Source: Obrimoposthia wandeli
Lineage: Eukaryota
Direction of reading: 5' to 3'
Length of the DNA: 64,000 nt
NCBI GenBank assembly: GCA_977020255.1
Contig: CDROCS010003280.1
Coordinates: 62,001-126,000 of the forward strand
The notes beneath the pieces are model-generated. The model was not told the DNA's origin. It saw only the letters and a program-made list of their open reading frames with translations, and made no database searches. Below, in pieces: positions 13,201 through 27,996 of the stretch. The first letter of the stretch is position 1; every line of letters starts with the position of its first letter. A program made the position numbers and the translations under genes.

Positions 13201-14899
13201 AGCCAGATCAATGACTAATTTTTCTAATTATCTTTTTGCAAAAATGAAAATTGAATTACTCAATAATGTATCAGAGCGTTTAAATACTTCATTAAGTTAC
13301 TAAATATTTTCCAAAGATCATAACTTTTTATTTGTTTTTAGAAAATTGTTTTAAATTTGCAGTATATACTTTTTGGTGTTACTCAAATACACAACCAAAT
13401 GTCTAGGTCAAAAAAGAAAATGGCTATAAATGACTTTACAAATCTAAATTCATATCGAGAATACCTCAATAAGATGAAGTTCAATTTAAAATTAAAGTGA
13501 GAATCTTTTGGAAAAAAAGGTTAAAATTGTTTTAGCAAAATCCCCAAAATAGTCTTTATCAAAGCCTTTATGCTTTAATTCTGTTTTGACTCTCTTTTAG
13601 ATTCCAAATTTTCCCAATTGCAATCGGATGTTCTCAAATTTATTTTAAACTTCTTGTCAAAACCTTTCTAAATCAGCACTGATTTACTAAGAATGTATTC
13701 ATTAATGACGAAGGAAGTCTATTCGACCGAATCGGCCCAAGTAACAGACAAGAACTCAGCATAGAGCTTAAATTTCTAAATTCAGGAGAAATAATACCTG
13801 ATTGGGAAATAATTGTTTCTGCTAAGGAAACAATTATTTTCAATTGTCATAATTTCTATGGGGTTCCAGCAACACAAACTACAGTCAATTAGAAGAAAAT
13901 CTCTGCAGAATGAGATAATGTTCACTCATAGGTTTGCTTCTGTGCCTAATTGCAATATGAATCGAAACTGTCGTTCGAATTTCACCGATTTTCACAGGAA
14001 ACGTTTTCTTTCATAAATGGGTACAGTTGTGGCCGAGGCCTAACCTGTCCCACAAAAAGGGCGGTTCATAGAAACTGGATTGAAAATTAGCTACATCACA
14101 TGAATTCTTTTAATTCTGTACTTCGATCTGTGTCAAGACATTCACAAAGAATAATAGAATTTAAAAGATAATTTATATATTTTAAATTTCGTTTAGTTTT
14201 GTTTCAAAATACTCATTCCAATTTGTGTATTTATAATATGAAAATGTTATCGGAATCCGTAGCCACACTAAAAAGCCATTGAATCCCAACATTTGTCAGC
14301 ACTGCCACAAACTCGATTTTGAATAAAAGGTCCGTTGTTTTCTTCATAAAGGTTCCACGATTTAAAATAATCTAGCCTATAGAGAGAAAATCAACTTTCA
14401 TCATTTAAAATATTTTGAAATGTTTCAGAGCTTCTAAACTAATTTATTCGGGATTCCATGTGTGTTGTAGTTAAAGCCATTTTTGATATTGTCGTTTATT
14501 CAAAACTCTTTGGAAATTTAAAAGTGTCTTCAACTATGTTTTACCATATTTTTCAACAGTTATGTGAATCTTTTACTTTTTAAACTTCGAAATAGCTCTA
14601 ATGGGGCTCTTCATTTTATAATATCTCCACGAACGAGGTTTTGAATATTGGTTTTAATTTTGTATTTCAGAATTTGTTATTTTTTTGAAATACTAATCGC
14701 ACCCCTGTTTTAATATAAAATTGGACAATATATGAATAAATTCTAATTGAATTTACAAAATTCATTGAAAAAACACTAGAACAGTTCGAATCGTTTTTTT
14801 TCAAAATAGCTCGCTTCATGACTATACATTTTTGAAATAGATATCTATACCCTGTAACAAAATTATTTAAAAAACTGTAAAACTAAGCATTTATTACTA

Positions 14900-15740
14900 A
14901 TCTATTTAGTTATAAATGAATCATTAGAACCCAAACTTTTCAAAATTCGATTTAGAAAGCCTTTGTATAGTGGTGTGAGGTCTATTTATTTAAGATTGTT
15001 TCATTCTTTAAAAATCGTTTTTTCCAGCTTCTGTAATTATATCAAGCTTTAATCATTATAAATTCGTTGCGAAAGAACTCTCCAGACATTTTTGATTATA
15101 TTAATATCCGGGATAATGTTGACTAACCAAGAGTTACAATATGAGTTCTTTGTAACCATTCGATAGTAGAACGAGCAGCATGTGGACGGGAATTATCTTA
15201 TTGGAAATACATTGAACTATGATTGACTTCATTCAACAAGTTATCAATCTGAACATAGGAAAATTTATTATTAATACTTTCAACGAATAAAAGAATCGAG
15301 AACTTCCCTTCGATATTTCCGCCCATATCATAACTCCACAGAACATTTTGTAGTTTCTGAAAAGATTTTTGTGCTCTGGGGTCGTAACATCAGTAATTAT
15401 ACCCATTACAAAGTCTTTTCCGTCACTAAATAGAATTTGTGAACAAAAATCCAGACTTTTAAGAAGCCAGTTTCTTCAGTGTTATATTTGATTTAATATC
15501 AATAAACTTCATAAAATATTAATATAATGAATCTTACCGTTTATTAAAAAAAATTGAATTATTTAATATTTTTGTTACAGCTACAGAATATTTTGAAAAT
15601 TTTCTTGTTTGCACCCAAATATACTTGTGATAATAATTTTGCCTTGAAAGTTTTTCTCTGCAATTCGGGAAATTCTTTGAAGAGATGAGCTGCTGTTCAA
15701 TAATATCATTAGAGAAAAATATCACTGGGATAATAATCAA
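14900..15740 (-). pseudogene. Decayed Tc1/Tc3-like transposase
   Basis: Minus-strand motifs ILFSDG (~15420-15437), GVMIWA, YFQ*DNSRPH (~15180-15210) and a SPDIN..KNVW-like motif (~15080-15118). Stops and frameshifts present. Confidence 0.85.
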
Positions 15741-18700
15741 TACTGGGACAATTATATCCCACTGTGTTTCAACTCAAAATCAATAGAAAAATATACATAT
15801 AAGGTCGCCGCTAAGCTGATGTATTTTGTAAGATGGTTGGCAGATTTGGTGATAATTAATTAGATTATTTCTTCGCCAAGCAAATCTCTAAGTGTGTGTG
15901 AGAAAAATAATTGTGCATTTGTATGAGAAAGCGAAAACATAGAAAGTAGGATAAGTGGCCATCACAACTCCGATTTCCTGTTCATAAGATCATTGAAGAG
16001 AAGATAGATATGGAGAAAGATGAATGGAGTTGAAGGAAGCGAGAAGATCGAGACTATGTAGAGGGAATAATTCAGGCAGGCAGGGATGAATGGATATGAA
16101 AATGGAAGACGGCTTTAAATTGGGAATGATAGATGGATGTATTGTTATGAATGCAAATGGATGGAGAATATGGATGAATGCGTATAGTTATGGAGTTGGA
16201 GGTAGATAGGTAGAGCTAGAGACGAATGGAAATGTAGAGAGAACGAAGGATGAAGCTGAAGAGAAATGTATGGATATGGAGAGAGGAAGAATATGCTCTC
16301 TCATATAACCCAGACAAACAGTGCAGCGATAGCTTCAGCAGAAACAGTCTCTAATTGAATATTGACAAAGCAGGACAACATCAAACCAGTTGCCATGACT
16401 GCAAATTCCCTGATATCATCTAGACCTGGATTATCACCTGGCTTGATTATTGATTAGTTACCACCCGATATAAGGTTGTCGGTCGGTCCCACTCTGTAGC
16501 ACTGCTTTATTCTCCCTCGCTTTCTTTGTCTCGCCTTCACACCATGTCTCTGTCTGCATTCACCCACCAAATCCCAACCCAATTTGTCCAATAAATCAAT
16601 ACTCAGAATTACTGTGAGATATTTCTTTCTGGGGCTTACAGTGCAGTGATTTTCCATTATTTTAGTAATCGAAATTTTAAGAACACTTAAATAATGAATA
16701 AACAAGCAATTAACATACGCAATTATTTTACCATCATAATGTAACTGTTTACAGTCAAGGTTCAGTATACTTTTAAGCTGTTTACTAAAAATTGAACTGT
16801 GTAACATTTTTCAGAATACATTTGTTTCTTAACACTTACAAAATCTTTCTTGGCGTCTTCTTACACACCGGGTTGAACCTTTTTTGAATTACATTATGAT
16901 CTAATGATAGTGCTAATTAAACATTCAAAGAATTCCGCAACCATAATGAAATAAAATTAATACCAAAACTTAATCGATATATTCTTTATTTCTCGTGTTT
17001 ACATCAACAACGGTAGACGTGTTATGTTTATTACTCCAGCAAATTTGCTTAACCGAAATTCTCGGCAATTAGTGTTGATAAATAAACTAATCCATAATAG
17101 TGATGTATCGGTGCTGTTTATAAAGTTAATAATAATAATTTATATGCTATTTGTCTTGATCATATTGATAAAACTAACACGCTAACCTTTATTGGAGCTT
17201 TAATTAACAGAAATTTGGCAACACTATTCATTGGGTAAACAAATAAACTGTTTGCTTAACGCCTAAATATTGATTTTTCTCAGATGCTTCTTAATTTATC
17301 TTTCCGACTTGTGTACACAGGATTGGCGAGGGAAATTAGGACTGAGCTGTCAAAGTGAAGATAGAAATACCGACGAGAAACTGTTTTTCAAATATATAGA
17401 ATGTTTCTGGAACAACTAGTTTCTTTAATATAGAAGAAATTAACGTCTTAATAATTCGAAAAATTGTATTTTTAACATGATTTCATTGGCTAGATTGACG
17501 ATAACTTTGTTTTTCATTAAAAAAATCTATATAGTTTATTATTTAATCTTTTTAATGTGATATTGTGGTCAACATTGAAAATTTGGAATAACAAAAAAAT
17601 TAGCAAACAAAGAAAAACTCTGAAAACTCGTTTTAAAACTGCACTTTCGAATTTTTTAATAACAAGTTTAAAATACACAAAAACTAACATTTATTTTCGA
17701 TTCAATAAAATTTCATTTACTACCTGCATTTTTGACATTTTTTCTTCTTCCAAAAGACGTCAGTGGATAATCTTAGTAGGAAACTATCTTATTTTTCAAC
17801 TGTTCAGTGTATTTATGTAAATATCTGACCACCAGTTTCTTATTAAGAAATAATTTATCGAATTTTAATTGACAGAAAGGACTTGAAAATGTTGATCAAA
17901 GAAATTTAGATCTCGTTTACGTTATGCAATAATAGAAACATGAATGTAGCTGATTCAAAAGAATATAAGGTTCCACTAAAATCAATTTTTTTCAAGAAAA
18001 CAACATGAAAGTAGTGTAATATAATTGATTTTCTATGAGGTATTTTTAATGCCCTTTCGTTTCGTATTTCGTACCTTTAATAGATTTGAATAGTTTGAAG
18101 GGTAACTAAAATTGTATGCCAAATACAATATAAGACTTATCCATTTTAATAGCGGTTTGGAAGTAAAACCTTATTATCATTTTAAATTGGACAGATAATT
18201 TGTGAATATTACTGGTATTGGCTTTTCCGATATATTTCTAAAATTTAGCTTTGATAAAATAGTCTTTGAACGAGAAATGAATCTATCAGTTTATCAAGAA
18301 AACTAGACCTATGAGATACAACATTTCAAAGAACGTCATTTGTGAGGGTAAAATGAATACTTTAAGTCGCGAGAAAAAGTAGAAGAGAGTTTTGATTGAG
18401 TTTTTACTTGTCAGTGAAGCAACGACACGGAGTTTCATTTTGAGTTTAATGGTGAGGCATTCTAATTCTGCATCGAATGTTTAAGTGCATCTTTAACTTT
18501 ACGACAACATTTAAAAAGAGGATCACACTCGAACATAGGTGCCCAGATGTACTAGACGTCACATGCCCTCTTCTGACCTGTCTGTGTGGGTGTATGTGGG
18601 AATGCTGTATACATGTATGTTCCCCTAGCCGATGACATTTCACTACCCCAAAAACCGTAGCGAAATCTCAGCACAGCTGAGGCCCCAATGCTGTTTCTCT

Positions 18701-21700
18701 TGCTACTACTTCTGGTTGTTGCTTACTCTGGGTTTCAGTTTTTTCCAACTGCCACATTCCTTATGGCCTCAAATCGGGCTTAATAAACTTGTACTTGACT
18801 TGCGAATTGGATTGCACAATCCGGCTTTACACGATATATTTGCTTGCTAATTTGTGTACAACTTTGCCAGTACAGTTTGATTCGGTGCATCAAACCTGAA
18901 ATTGTGTTCACTTGTTGGTTATTCAAGTACAAATTCTCGGAAGCTAAACGCGAAAATTGGAAACCTGAGCCCACCATCGAAATCGAGTATAATAGTCCTG
19001 TTTCATAGATGCATAGACTTATTTGCTTATTTAATTTTATTGATGGATTTAAATATATTTTGTAATGGAAAAATGTGTTCCAGAACATAAACAGTCTTTG
19101 ATTATTCGTCCATTTCGTTATGGAAAGTTCGTTTGTAGGTTGCTGCGTTTGCCTCAATATAATTCGGATTTTGTTTGAGACGGGTTCAATTCTTTATATA
19201 TAGTAGTAGATTTACAAAAAATACAATCATTGAATAACCGAGCTTGGTTAAATAGTTAGAAACTCTTATTACTTAGCATCGAATAGATCCATTACTTAAA
19301 CTTATTACAGGCAATATAATTTCGGTTATTTATTATGCCGTTCAAATTTGTGTTTGGGGTAGAGAGGGAATATAAAAGCAGGACGAGGCAATTCGAGTAT
19401 ATCTAATATAAAAGTCTTTTCCGGGTGAGGGTGAAAGTAAAATTTATCAAACAACCGTTAAAAAATTCACGTTGGTTTTGATAGAGTAAACAGGGTACAT
19501 ATTCTGTTTTCTAGAGATGAACAGCTTCAGTTAGAAAACACAAGGCGTTTGATTAAATATTCACAGAGTAGAACAACAAATAATAAAGGTAAAACACAAA
19601 TTTGGTTACTGACATCAAAGTGCATTGAAAAGTGAAAATGTTGTTTATTTAAAATTATAACAAATAACACAGATTGTTCTGATTTTTCACGAATTGTGAA
19701 AAATATGTTTACCAAATCTATTAGTGATAATTTACAATTAGTTTTCTAATTTATTTTCATAATTTAATTAACTTTTATACGGTATTAAAATTCGAACTTC
19801 AAGCTCGAAAATTTTGTTTATCCAATCAAATTTGTGTGAATTTACCATGATTGTTGAGACTCAATGTCATAATTAAAAAAAAGTCTTCTGCTTATATATG
19901 TTAATTTTCTGAATGATTAAGATAATTTTAAATTCAATTCTAGCTTTATCAGTAGCCAATGCAGTTTTATGAGATATAGTGCGATGCTATCTATTTATGT
20001 AGTTGAAATACTTTTCTTCCAGCTTAGTTACGAATAATTTAGAGGCAATTCAAATGTTTGGTTAAGAGGTTGTAGGGCAGCGAATTCTGAAAATATTATC
20101 TTGAACCATAATAGTCACTTCTCTCTACGGATCCTAGATATATTCCTTAAATAATAATTACATATAGTGCTCTTATTATTTATCTGCTGAGTCATGGATA
20201 CATTTAATATAATCTTTGATGTATATTATTGTTACGTAATTTATTCAAGATCTCAAAAGTTCTACATTTTCTTAATTCCAAATATTATCAATTACATTTT
20301 ATTCTCATTTAACTTAAAAATTTCGCAATCATTCAGCTATTCAGTTCTTAAATTGCTATTTCAATCTTTCTTCCAGCTTCTGTTACTTCTTTTGGAGTAA
20401 AATTAATTTTTTTTGAATATCATCATCATATATGTTGTTGAATTTTCCCTATAGTACATATTATAAATAAATTGGGAACTAACACTGATTCCTACGGTAC
20501 ACTGCAGTCTAAAGTTTCGTCTTTTGATAATTCCTCAACTATTTGTACAACTTGTGTTGATAATAAACCAATTTAAAATCATTTATTCTATTTCAATATT
20601 CTTCAGGTCGTTGATTAAACTATAAAGGTCAAGAGCATCAAATGTTTCGGATTTTCACTATTATGAAAATAATGCATTTCTTTCGACAATAATTTTAATA
20701 TATATCAAAGATCGTATAAATAAAATATGAATCCATGAATTAAATATTCAAATTAATTTTGAAATTCAAATATAAACTTCCAAATTAGTTTAATCAATCC
20801 ATGAATCGATTAATTTCCAAAATAAATTTAATGGTTAGTTAATATTTAGTTATTATTTATTCTCATTTATTGTGAATATAGATTCTGAAATGTCAGTAAA
20901 TCTGTTACCATAGAATTATCAGTTATTCTTTCTTATATTTTGAAATATAATAAAAAATAACCTCAAGAAATATACTCCGAAAAGTTAATTTACTCAATTA
21001 TTTATGTGAAATTTGAAATTTCTGAAAAACTATTATTGGATTTCTTAGAAGAATTTCGAAAAATTGCAATGTTTATTTGTTTCTTGATTAATATTGACTT
21101 TGTGTTAGAAATTGGCAATTTTTTAATTATATTTAAAGCCAGATCTGATTTTCATTGCTTTGGTTGACTGTGAAATAGTATTTCTAAGTTGTGTTAGTTT
21201 AGTCTGGCTTTATTAAGGATTTTTGTTTCATATTTCGTAGTAGTTTTTTGTGTTAACCTGTTTGTTTCTTATCAAGGCTCTATTATGCAACAAATTATAA
21301 CTCTGCACTTTCTGATTTCCGGAAGAGAATCATTCAAAAAGTTTCCGATATATTTTTGAATTGTTTTTTTTGTTATTACAGTTACTTAAAATTTCAACAA
21401 ATCAGAGTTGGAACCGTAAATTAATTAAATTTTTGTAGATTTATTTTGTAAAACCACTTTCAAACAATATTTGAAAATTTTACTTCTTGTGAGCATGGTT
21501 TTGTAATTTTTACAAAAAATTGAAAGTTAAACTTATCTTATACATATTTTTATTACGTATAAGTTAAAGTAGTACATTTTGCATAAGTATTTAAAAAAAT
21601 ATTTTCATGCGGTTCCAACTTTAGCCTTAAAATGCAGGGAATATAATTATATACGTTAAATTTTAAATAATATCCAATTAAATCATTTTTTTATTAAAAT

Positions 21701-24700
21701 TTTAGTGGAAATCTAATAGTAAGCTTATTTACTTTAAATTTTGCAATTAAAGTTTAAAGATTTATAAATAATTTTCCGAAATTCAAGAAAATATCCAACA
21801 AATATAAATTGTTGAAAAATTATTATAACTAAGAGAATATTAATTTCGACACAAAAATTAGTTGACTTTGCATTTAACATTGAACATTTAAACAGTGATA
21901 AATATAACGATTTAATGAATTCGGCATTTAGAGTATTCTAATTGTTCAAAATTCCATTTATGACTGATATGTCGTGCTCCCTTCAAATACTGTCGTTCGT
22001 TACATTTCAGTTGAAGTAAGGCCTAGTATTTGTAAAGGCTAACTAACTGCTTCCCTTTACCAATTAGTCGTTCGAATTTTTTAAACCTGTTTTCTCTCTT
22101 CGACTAAAATTTATGTTTTAAATACCAGGTTTCTCGCAGCAAACCCCTAACTTCATAAATCGTAATAAAATAGTAAGATAATAAAAAGTTATATTACATC
22201 TTCATATTAATGCATTAATAGATTATTAATATAGTTTCTTTTCCATGTGATGGCCATTTTATGTAAAGTGGGACGTATTTACATCTTGACGACTCTATAT
22301 CTCCAATCACTCCAACAACAGCCGACACAATTTTTCAAAACGCAATTCCTGTAAATTGAGTGTCCATAAGCTGCTTTAAATAATCTATCAACTTCTCTAG
22401 AATGAAATGATCAATCATAAAATCGTTATTTATTTGATTAAAAAAGAAACTAGCAGCCACATTGAAAACAAACTGTATTAATTATCTGGGCATTTAATAT
22501 TTCGTAAATATAATTCAAATTACTTTTCGGATTAAGGTGTGTGCTGTGGGGCACCCAGTTAATGCGTGATTATATAAGCTACAACTAATTAAAAAAAATA
22601 AATTTGTTACCAATTGTCATATTAAAAAATAGTACATTAATCTGTCAAATTAATATATTTTTAAAGATTATTTTAAATTTGATTTTAAAAAATTATGTCA
22701 CTTCTACCTGCATTTGAGTTTCTCTTTCCAAAATCTCTACAAACGAGTTGAATTGGAAACTGGAATTTATGTTGACTGTATCACTGTCTGTCTGACAATT
22801 ATCGAAAGGTTCCAATCTATGAGAGAGGACTTAATTAACTTATCCAATTCTCCTACGACGATATCTCATATGGGTCTGACTATTATGAAGACGGATAACG
22901 ATTACAATGGAGTAATTTTGCTGAACTACTCTCCTGGAAGTTGATTATGTCGTTGGAAAATGGAACAATCGAACTTTCTCGATACATTGGTGTTCTGGTC
23001 TTTTTTTGTTGGAATAAGTAAGGCGAGATAGATTGACTTATACACTGTAAAATTCTCAACTGTAAGTGTTATTTTTTTTCTGTTTAAATGCTTCAGATTT
23101 AAGAAGACAAGTCTCTGGTAAAATATATATTAAAATAAGTTTCAAAAATTAATGCTAGAGTTTATTTTTATTGTGCTTGATATCTTGTTAATACTAATTC
23201 TAAGTGAGCTACAATGTTCCATTTTTGCTTCACACGAGTGTCTGTTTTTCTTGAGCTTCAATTTCCTTTGTTTGTCATGATCTAATTCCGGCAAATTGTT
23301 CCTCAACCATTGTTTGACATTCTTTCCTACATTGCTTGAGGTTTTGTACAGTTACTGATGCATATGCTGAAACACGAAGTAGACAAGAGTCGTCTTATGT
23401 GACCTGGTAACAGCAACCGCTGCAGTTGGATGTCCTGCTGCGATGAGGTATTCATCCAGAACTGACACGCGATGTCGAATTTTGCAGCTACACCAGAACC
23501 ACTGTTAATTGCCACTGAACTACTGACATTTGGAAATGTGCTGGAGCTGCTAATGATGATATACAGTGCTGTCACAACCCAATTCCAGTGCGAGACGTGG
23601 GTAATTTAAACAAATGTACCATCTCTCTTCCTTTTCCGTTGTATCGTTTAGTGATGGCTTTTTTTTGGTTGCCGGCTAATCACGTTTTATAGCCCATTGA
23701 AAGATCCATTTCAGTTTGACTCTTTTCTTGCCACTTTAATGCCGTCTCGTTTGTCACACAGGCTACAATTAATTTTCTGTCAACATCAGACAATTCTTCT
23801 GTGTCTGGCTTTTGGTGCATTTGGATACTTTTCCTTGAAGTGTTTGACATAAAAACGATACACACCCCAATTCTTTATGGTTACATACACATATATAGTA
23901 TTAGCACACTATGTATTTCAGATTGAGAATTCCATATATGGATAGAGCAATAGCCCAGTTAGAAATGTTCGAGTTTGTCATTTATCCCATTTAGCCTCAT
24001 CGTGAAAAAACGGATTGTCCCAGATAAATCCAAAAAAATCCCCATTTAAGTAAATTTATCCTCTTACTCATCCTACTCCCAAATGTTTTCTGCCAATTAG
24101 CGACCTAATTGAATTCTCTAGAGATATCTTCTGTATGCAGAAACCTTCATTAACGGCCTGTCGATTTTTAAAAAAATTACTATCCAATGGCGATGGTTTC
24201 AAACCCGACATTGACCAATTTTTCCCGGTTTAACTTCAAAAGGTTAAGGATTCATCTGGGTATCTGTTGAGCATTTCATAAATTGGTTTGGACAACCAGG
24301 TCGGACAAAGATATGTTTCAATCTCAATCCGATCTTTGAACAGTTCATAGTGAGATGGAAGACAATCTTGGCCTAGGTTTGTTTGGAAATGTGCTCAACA
24401 GTATACTCTGGCAGCCTTCTCACACACATAAGTTTGGCTGCCTTTTGCGAGTTATCGTCTGATAATCAGTTTCTTGAAGCCATGCGTGTGCTACATCATC
24501 AGCCGAATTTCCGCCTGTAGGGACGATAAGAATTATATTTGTCCGCCTACTCACTATTCTCATTCTCCCACTTTCTTATTTCCATTCTTTCCCAGCTGCA
24601 GTTGTCAACTGAGTCAATTCGATCTGTGACTTCTGACTTCTGTTGAGTTTACAATTCTGTATCTCTCTGACTTCTTCTTTCTCTCTAAAACCTTATAATT

Positions 24701-26204
24701 TCTTATTTAAGGGATTAATTTGTCAATACGATTACAATTTACTGCCTAAATTGGGTGAAACAATTGCTAATCAAATGATTCAATATGTTTTTTGGCTTAA
24801 AACAGCGTATCGTGTAAATCAAGAGTCTGGACAGATAATCGTATAGTTTGTTAGATTTTCAAATTATTCACTCTCTATTGACATTTGTTGTAGTTAGAAT
24901 TTTTCAGAAAAAAAATCTGTATATACAAAGTACTCGAGCTTTAAACATTTACAGAGAAAAATGAAATGAAAATAAAATACAATTTCTAGTTTCCCCCAAC
25001 TTCGTTTGAATACCGAATTCAATCTAATATTTAAAAATAACTCTGTTTTATTGGAAACCAAAGTTCAATTCTTTTAAATATAAAATTATAAATATTTACT
25101 ACCATAGTATATTTAAGAAAAATATATTTATAGCATACCAAAGGACACATAATTTTAACCATCCTCAATTTCCATGCTGTCACATATATGTATATGTGCC
25201 TATTGATTCTTATTCTAATGTAATCACACAAAGCACGGACAATGGCGTTGGTAATCGCCGCCATTCTCATCCCAACATTATCCAGATTAACGTTATTTAC
25301 ATCCACTGTTATAATATTTAAAAGAATCACAATAAATTTACATTTAAATATACAAATGACTTAAATGAAATATACACAGAAATCAACTAAAATTTAATCA
25401 TTAAAATTTTGAAAATATAAATTGACAAAATCTGCATTTTATTTTAACAAACCAGAACATTTGTATAGACAGTGTTATGAGAATTTCTCAATTTAGAGAA
25501 ACACGATACAGCATTAGACACCATGAAATAGTCAATATTGAAGCAGTTAATTGCCTATAAAATTAATGTCTCCATAAAATGGTTATTAAGTCCAATTAAT
25601 GTAATCAGAAACCTAATCCATTCTAAATCTAGCGAACAGCACAAATGCCTTTTAATAGGCTAGGTAGGGTTTCTTAATCAATTAAATTTATTGTTCTTTA
25701 GAGGAAATTTGTACTTTCTAATTGCCTTATTAGACATGTTAATTTCGTACTTAATTAGGCTAATTTTTCCAAAATTTTAATTTGACATTTTTATTCAGTG
25801 AGTCAAACTTGAATATTTTAAAAGACGTAGAAATAATATGAAAACATAAATATTTAAATATTGTCTGTAAATTTGTTATTACTGTGCTTTGAGTATGTTT
25901 TTCGGGGGGGGGGGGTTACCTTTACCACGTTTCTTCTTTGAATAGTGTGGAATTTTTATTGCATACAATTACAAATCTGACCTAAATTTTACGAAATTTT
26001 AAATTTCTTCCAATCTCATTAGATTGCTTTGTTAAAGGTATATGATATCTTAATAAATATATTAATGTTATAAAGTACAATTTACAAAGTTTCAAAATTC
26101 GTTGTAATTTACTTTATACGTATAAACTTATCGAAATAATAAACTGGGAAGTTCACTACTGGCTTCACAAATAGTCAAAATCTTTACACCCTACTCCATT
26201 GCAG

Positions 26205-26325
26205 ACCTTACTCTTGTATCCAGTTCTAGCCTCATTATCATCAGTATCACCAAGAACTTGCCTAATTCAGCAGTTACAGCCAGCAGCTACAAAACGGACT
26301 ACGAGCCTTACAAGGCTATAAAGCC
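26205..26325 (+). CDS. Ddr: DDR-like exon: start of discoidin (F5/8 type C) domain
   Basis: TTGCAG acceptor and GTGAGT donor. 121 nt, phase 1 to phase 2. Encodes (D)LTLVSSSSLIIISITKNLPNSAVTASSYKTDYEPYKAIK(P), where LPNSAVTASS resembles the DDR IPDxxITASS motif. Its phase matches the next exon. Confidence 0.75.
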
Positions 26326-26789
26326 GTGAGTTTTTATTCCGAATGTCTTTACCTACTTCAATTGTCTTACTGAAATCATTATTTTTAGATTATGCTGTTT
26401 ATAGTTTTAGTAATTGCAGAATTAGAACAATGGAAATTATCGAGGGTGAAAATCACAGTTTTTAAAAAAAAAAATTTAATTTCACTTCTACATCTTAAAT
26501 CCTATTGGTTATCATAATATTTGATCCCCATATTAATTATGTTAAAATATTTTGTATTATTATAGTTTGTATATTTAAGTGAAATTGTAACAAATGTAAG
26601 TATATATTGGTAATTAATTCACCCTTAGTTCTTTTTGAGGGTGTTTGCATCGTTTCAACTTTACTTAACATCAAAGGACAGGTTTTTTTTAAATAGGTTT
26701 TTTTAATGGTTTTTAAATATATAAATTTGTGAAACAATAAGCGAGTAAGAGATTTTTGTATTTTTTACGGAAGTATTCAAGACTGAGCT

Positions 26790-27160
26790 TAGTATAACTC
26801 CATATATCTCCATCGCGATGTTTCCGTATCTAATATTAAAAGAAGAAAACCTGAGACTATATTTTATTACAATTTAAATAAAGAAGGTGTTGATAGTTTG
26901 GATCAGATGGGGAGATGTATTCAACAATGACACGAACAAGTCGTCGGGCATTGCCGTAGTTATAATATATGGGTTTTGAATATCAAACCAGTCGAATACA
27001 GTTTCTCTTGGAGCTATCTAAAATTACTGCAGGCCGGAAAAAGATGGAATTTCAAGAAATTTGAAGAAGAAGCAGTGCCATTTTTGTCCCTATAAACGCA
27101 CTTCAAGAAAGATTGGGTTTTGTACAGAGTGAGTAAAAGGTTTGTGAATATATGGTTAAT
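26790..27160 (+). pseudogene. piggyBac-like transposase C-terminal relic
   Basis: KPETIFYYNLNKEGVDSLDQM (~26847-26909) matches the piggyBac KPxxxxxYNxxKGGVDxxDQ motif. It is followed by YSTMTRTSRR and a cysteine-rich tail KKQCHFCPYKRTSRKIGFC. Frameshifted and internally deleted. Confidence 0.85.
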
Positions 27161-27996
27161 TTATTATATATATAGGGGAAATAATTTACCAGTCTGTGTA
27201 GAAAATGCAACGCAGCTGTAGAGTAATAACATATTTATTCAATTAGTTTTTTTCGTGTTTGTTGAAATATTTAGAATATGATAGTACAATTTGACACACC
27301 CAAAGACATCCATACACATTTTATCCGAAAATTAGTCTAATTTGAAGTCAGTTTATATAAACCTGATAAAGAAGTGGACGTCTATGTCACTGGGATACAT
27401 ATAGATATATATATATATAGATATACACATACATACCTGTACTGTGCTGGACATGTTTACACATGTTTACAAATGCTACACAAGGAAATAAGTGGCTTGT
27501 TCACGTGTTTTTAGTCGTATTTACTTAAACGATGCAGATTTCGATTTTGCACGTGTAATTATTTCAGCCTTATGCATTTTTGTTGGACATTTACAAAAAT
27601 CCGAATAACCAACTGAGACAGTTCATGTGATAGTGTGTAGTGGATTTTCTAACTGACTTTGCAGAGTTTCAACTTTCAAATTTGAGTGTCGACAGCAGTT
27701 CTTGGCCTAAATATTTTTTTATAAATTGAATAAAAACAACACCATTCTGATATTATCCATAATCGTGAAGCTAATTAATCTCCGAAAAGTATATTTTCTA
27801 TGTATATTGATTGTTATATTACAATTAAAACTCTGAAAATATTAGATGGAATATCTCAATCTCAGAGATTGTTAATTAAGTGTTATTTATTCTATGAAGT
27901 ATATCAATTAGAGTCAATCATACATGTTAAATGTTCATAAGATAAAAGTATTAACAAATTTCAATAAATGACTTTTTATTTTCATATTCGTTAATA

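Noticed and set aside
13680-13890. Open frame FTKNVFINDEGSLFDRIG... and a 13-bp inverted repeat at 13807-13839
   Set aside because: No family recognised, no convincing splice sites, and an AT-rich hairpin of this size can arise by chance.
14230-14520. hAT-like words on the minus strand (MALTTT, SVATDSDNI)
   Set aside because: Similarity is too weak to call without a profile search.
18632-18850. Hydrophobic ORF as the DDR signal-peptide exon
   Set aside because: The only phase-1 donor is a poor GTTTCA.
23469-23600. MSNFAATPEPLL...ETW|GTAATT as the DDR first exon
   Set aside because: The donor is phase 0, but the 26205 exon needs phase 1; it would require an unseen intervening exon.
25242-25365. 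MALVIAAILIPTL... signal-peptide-like ORF
   Set aside because: No acceptable phase-1 donor is present.
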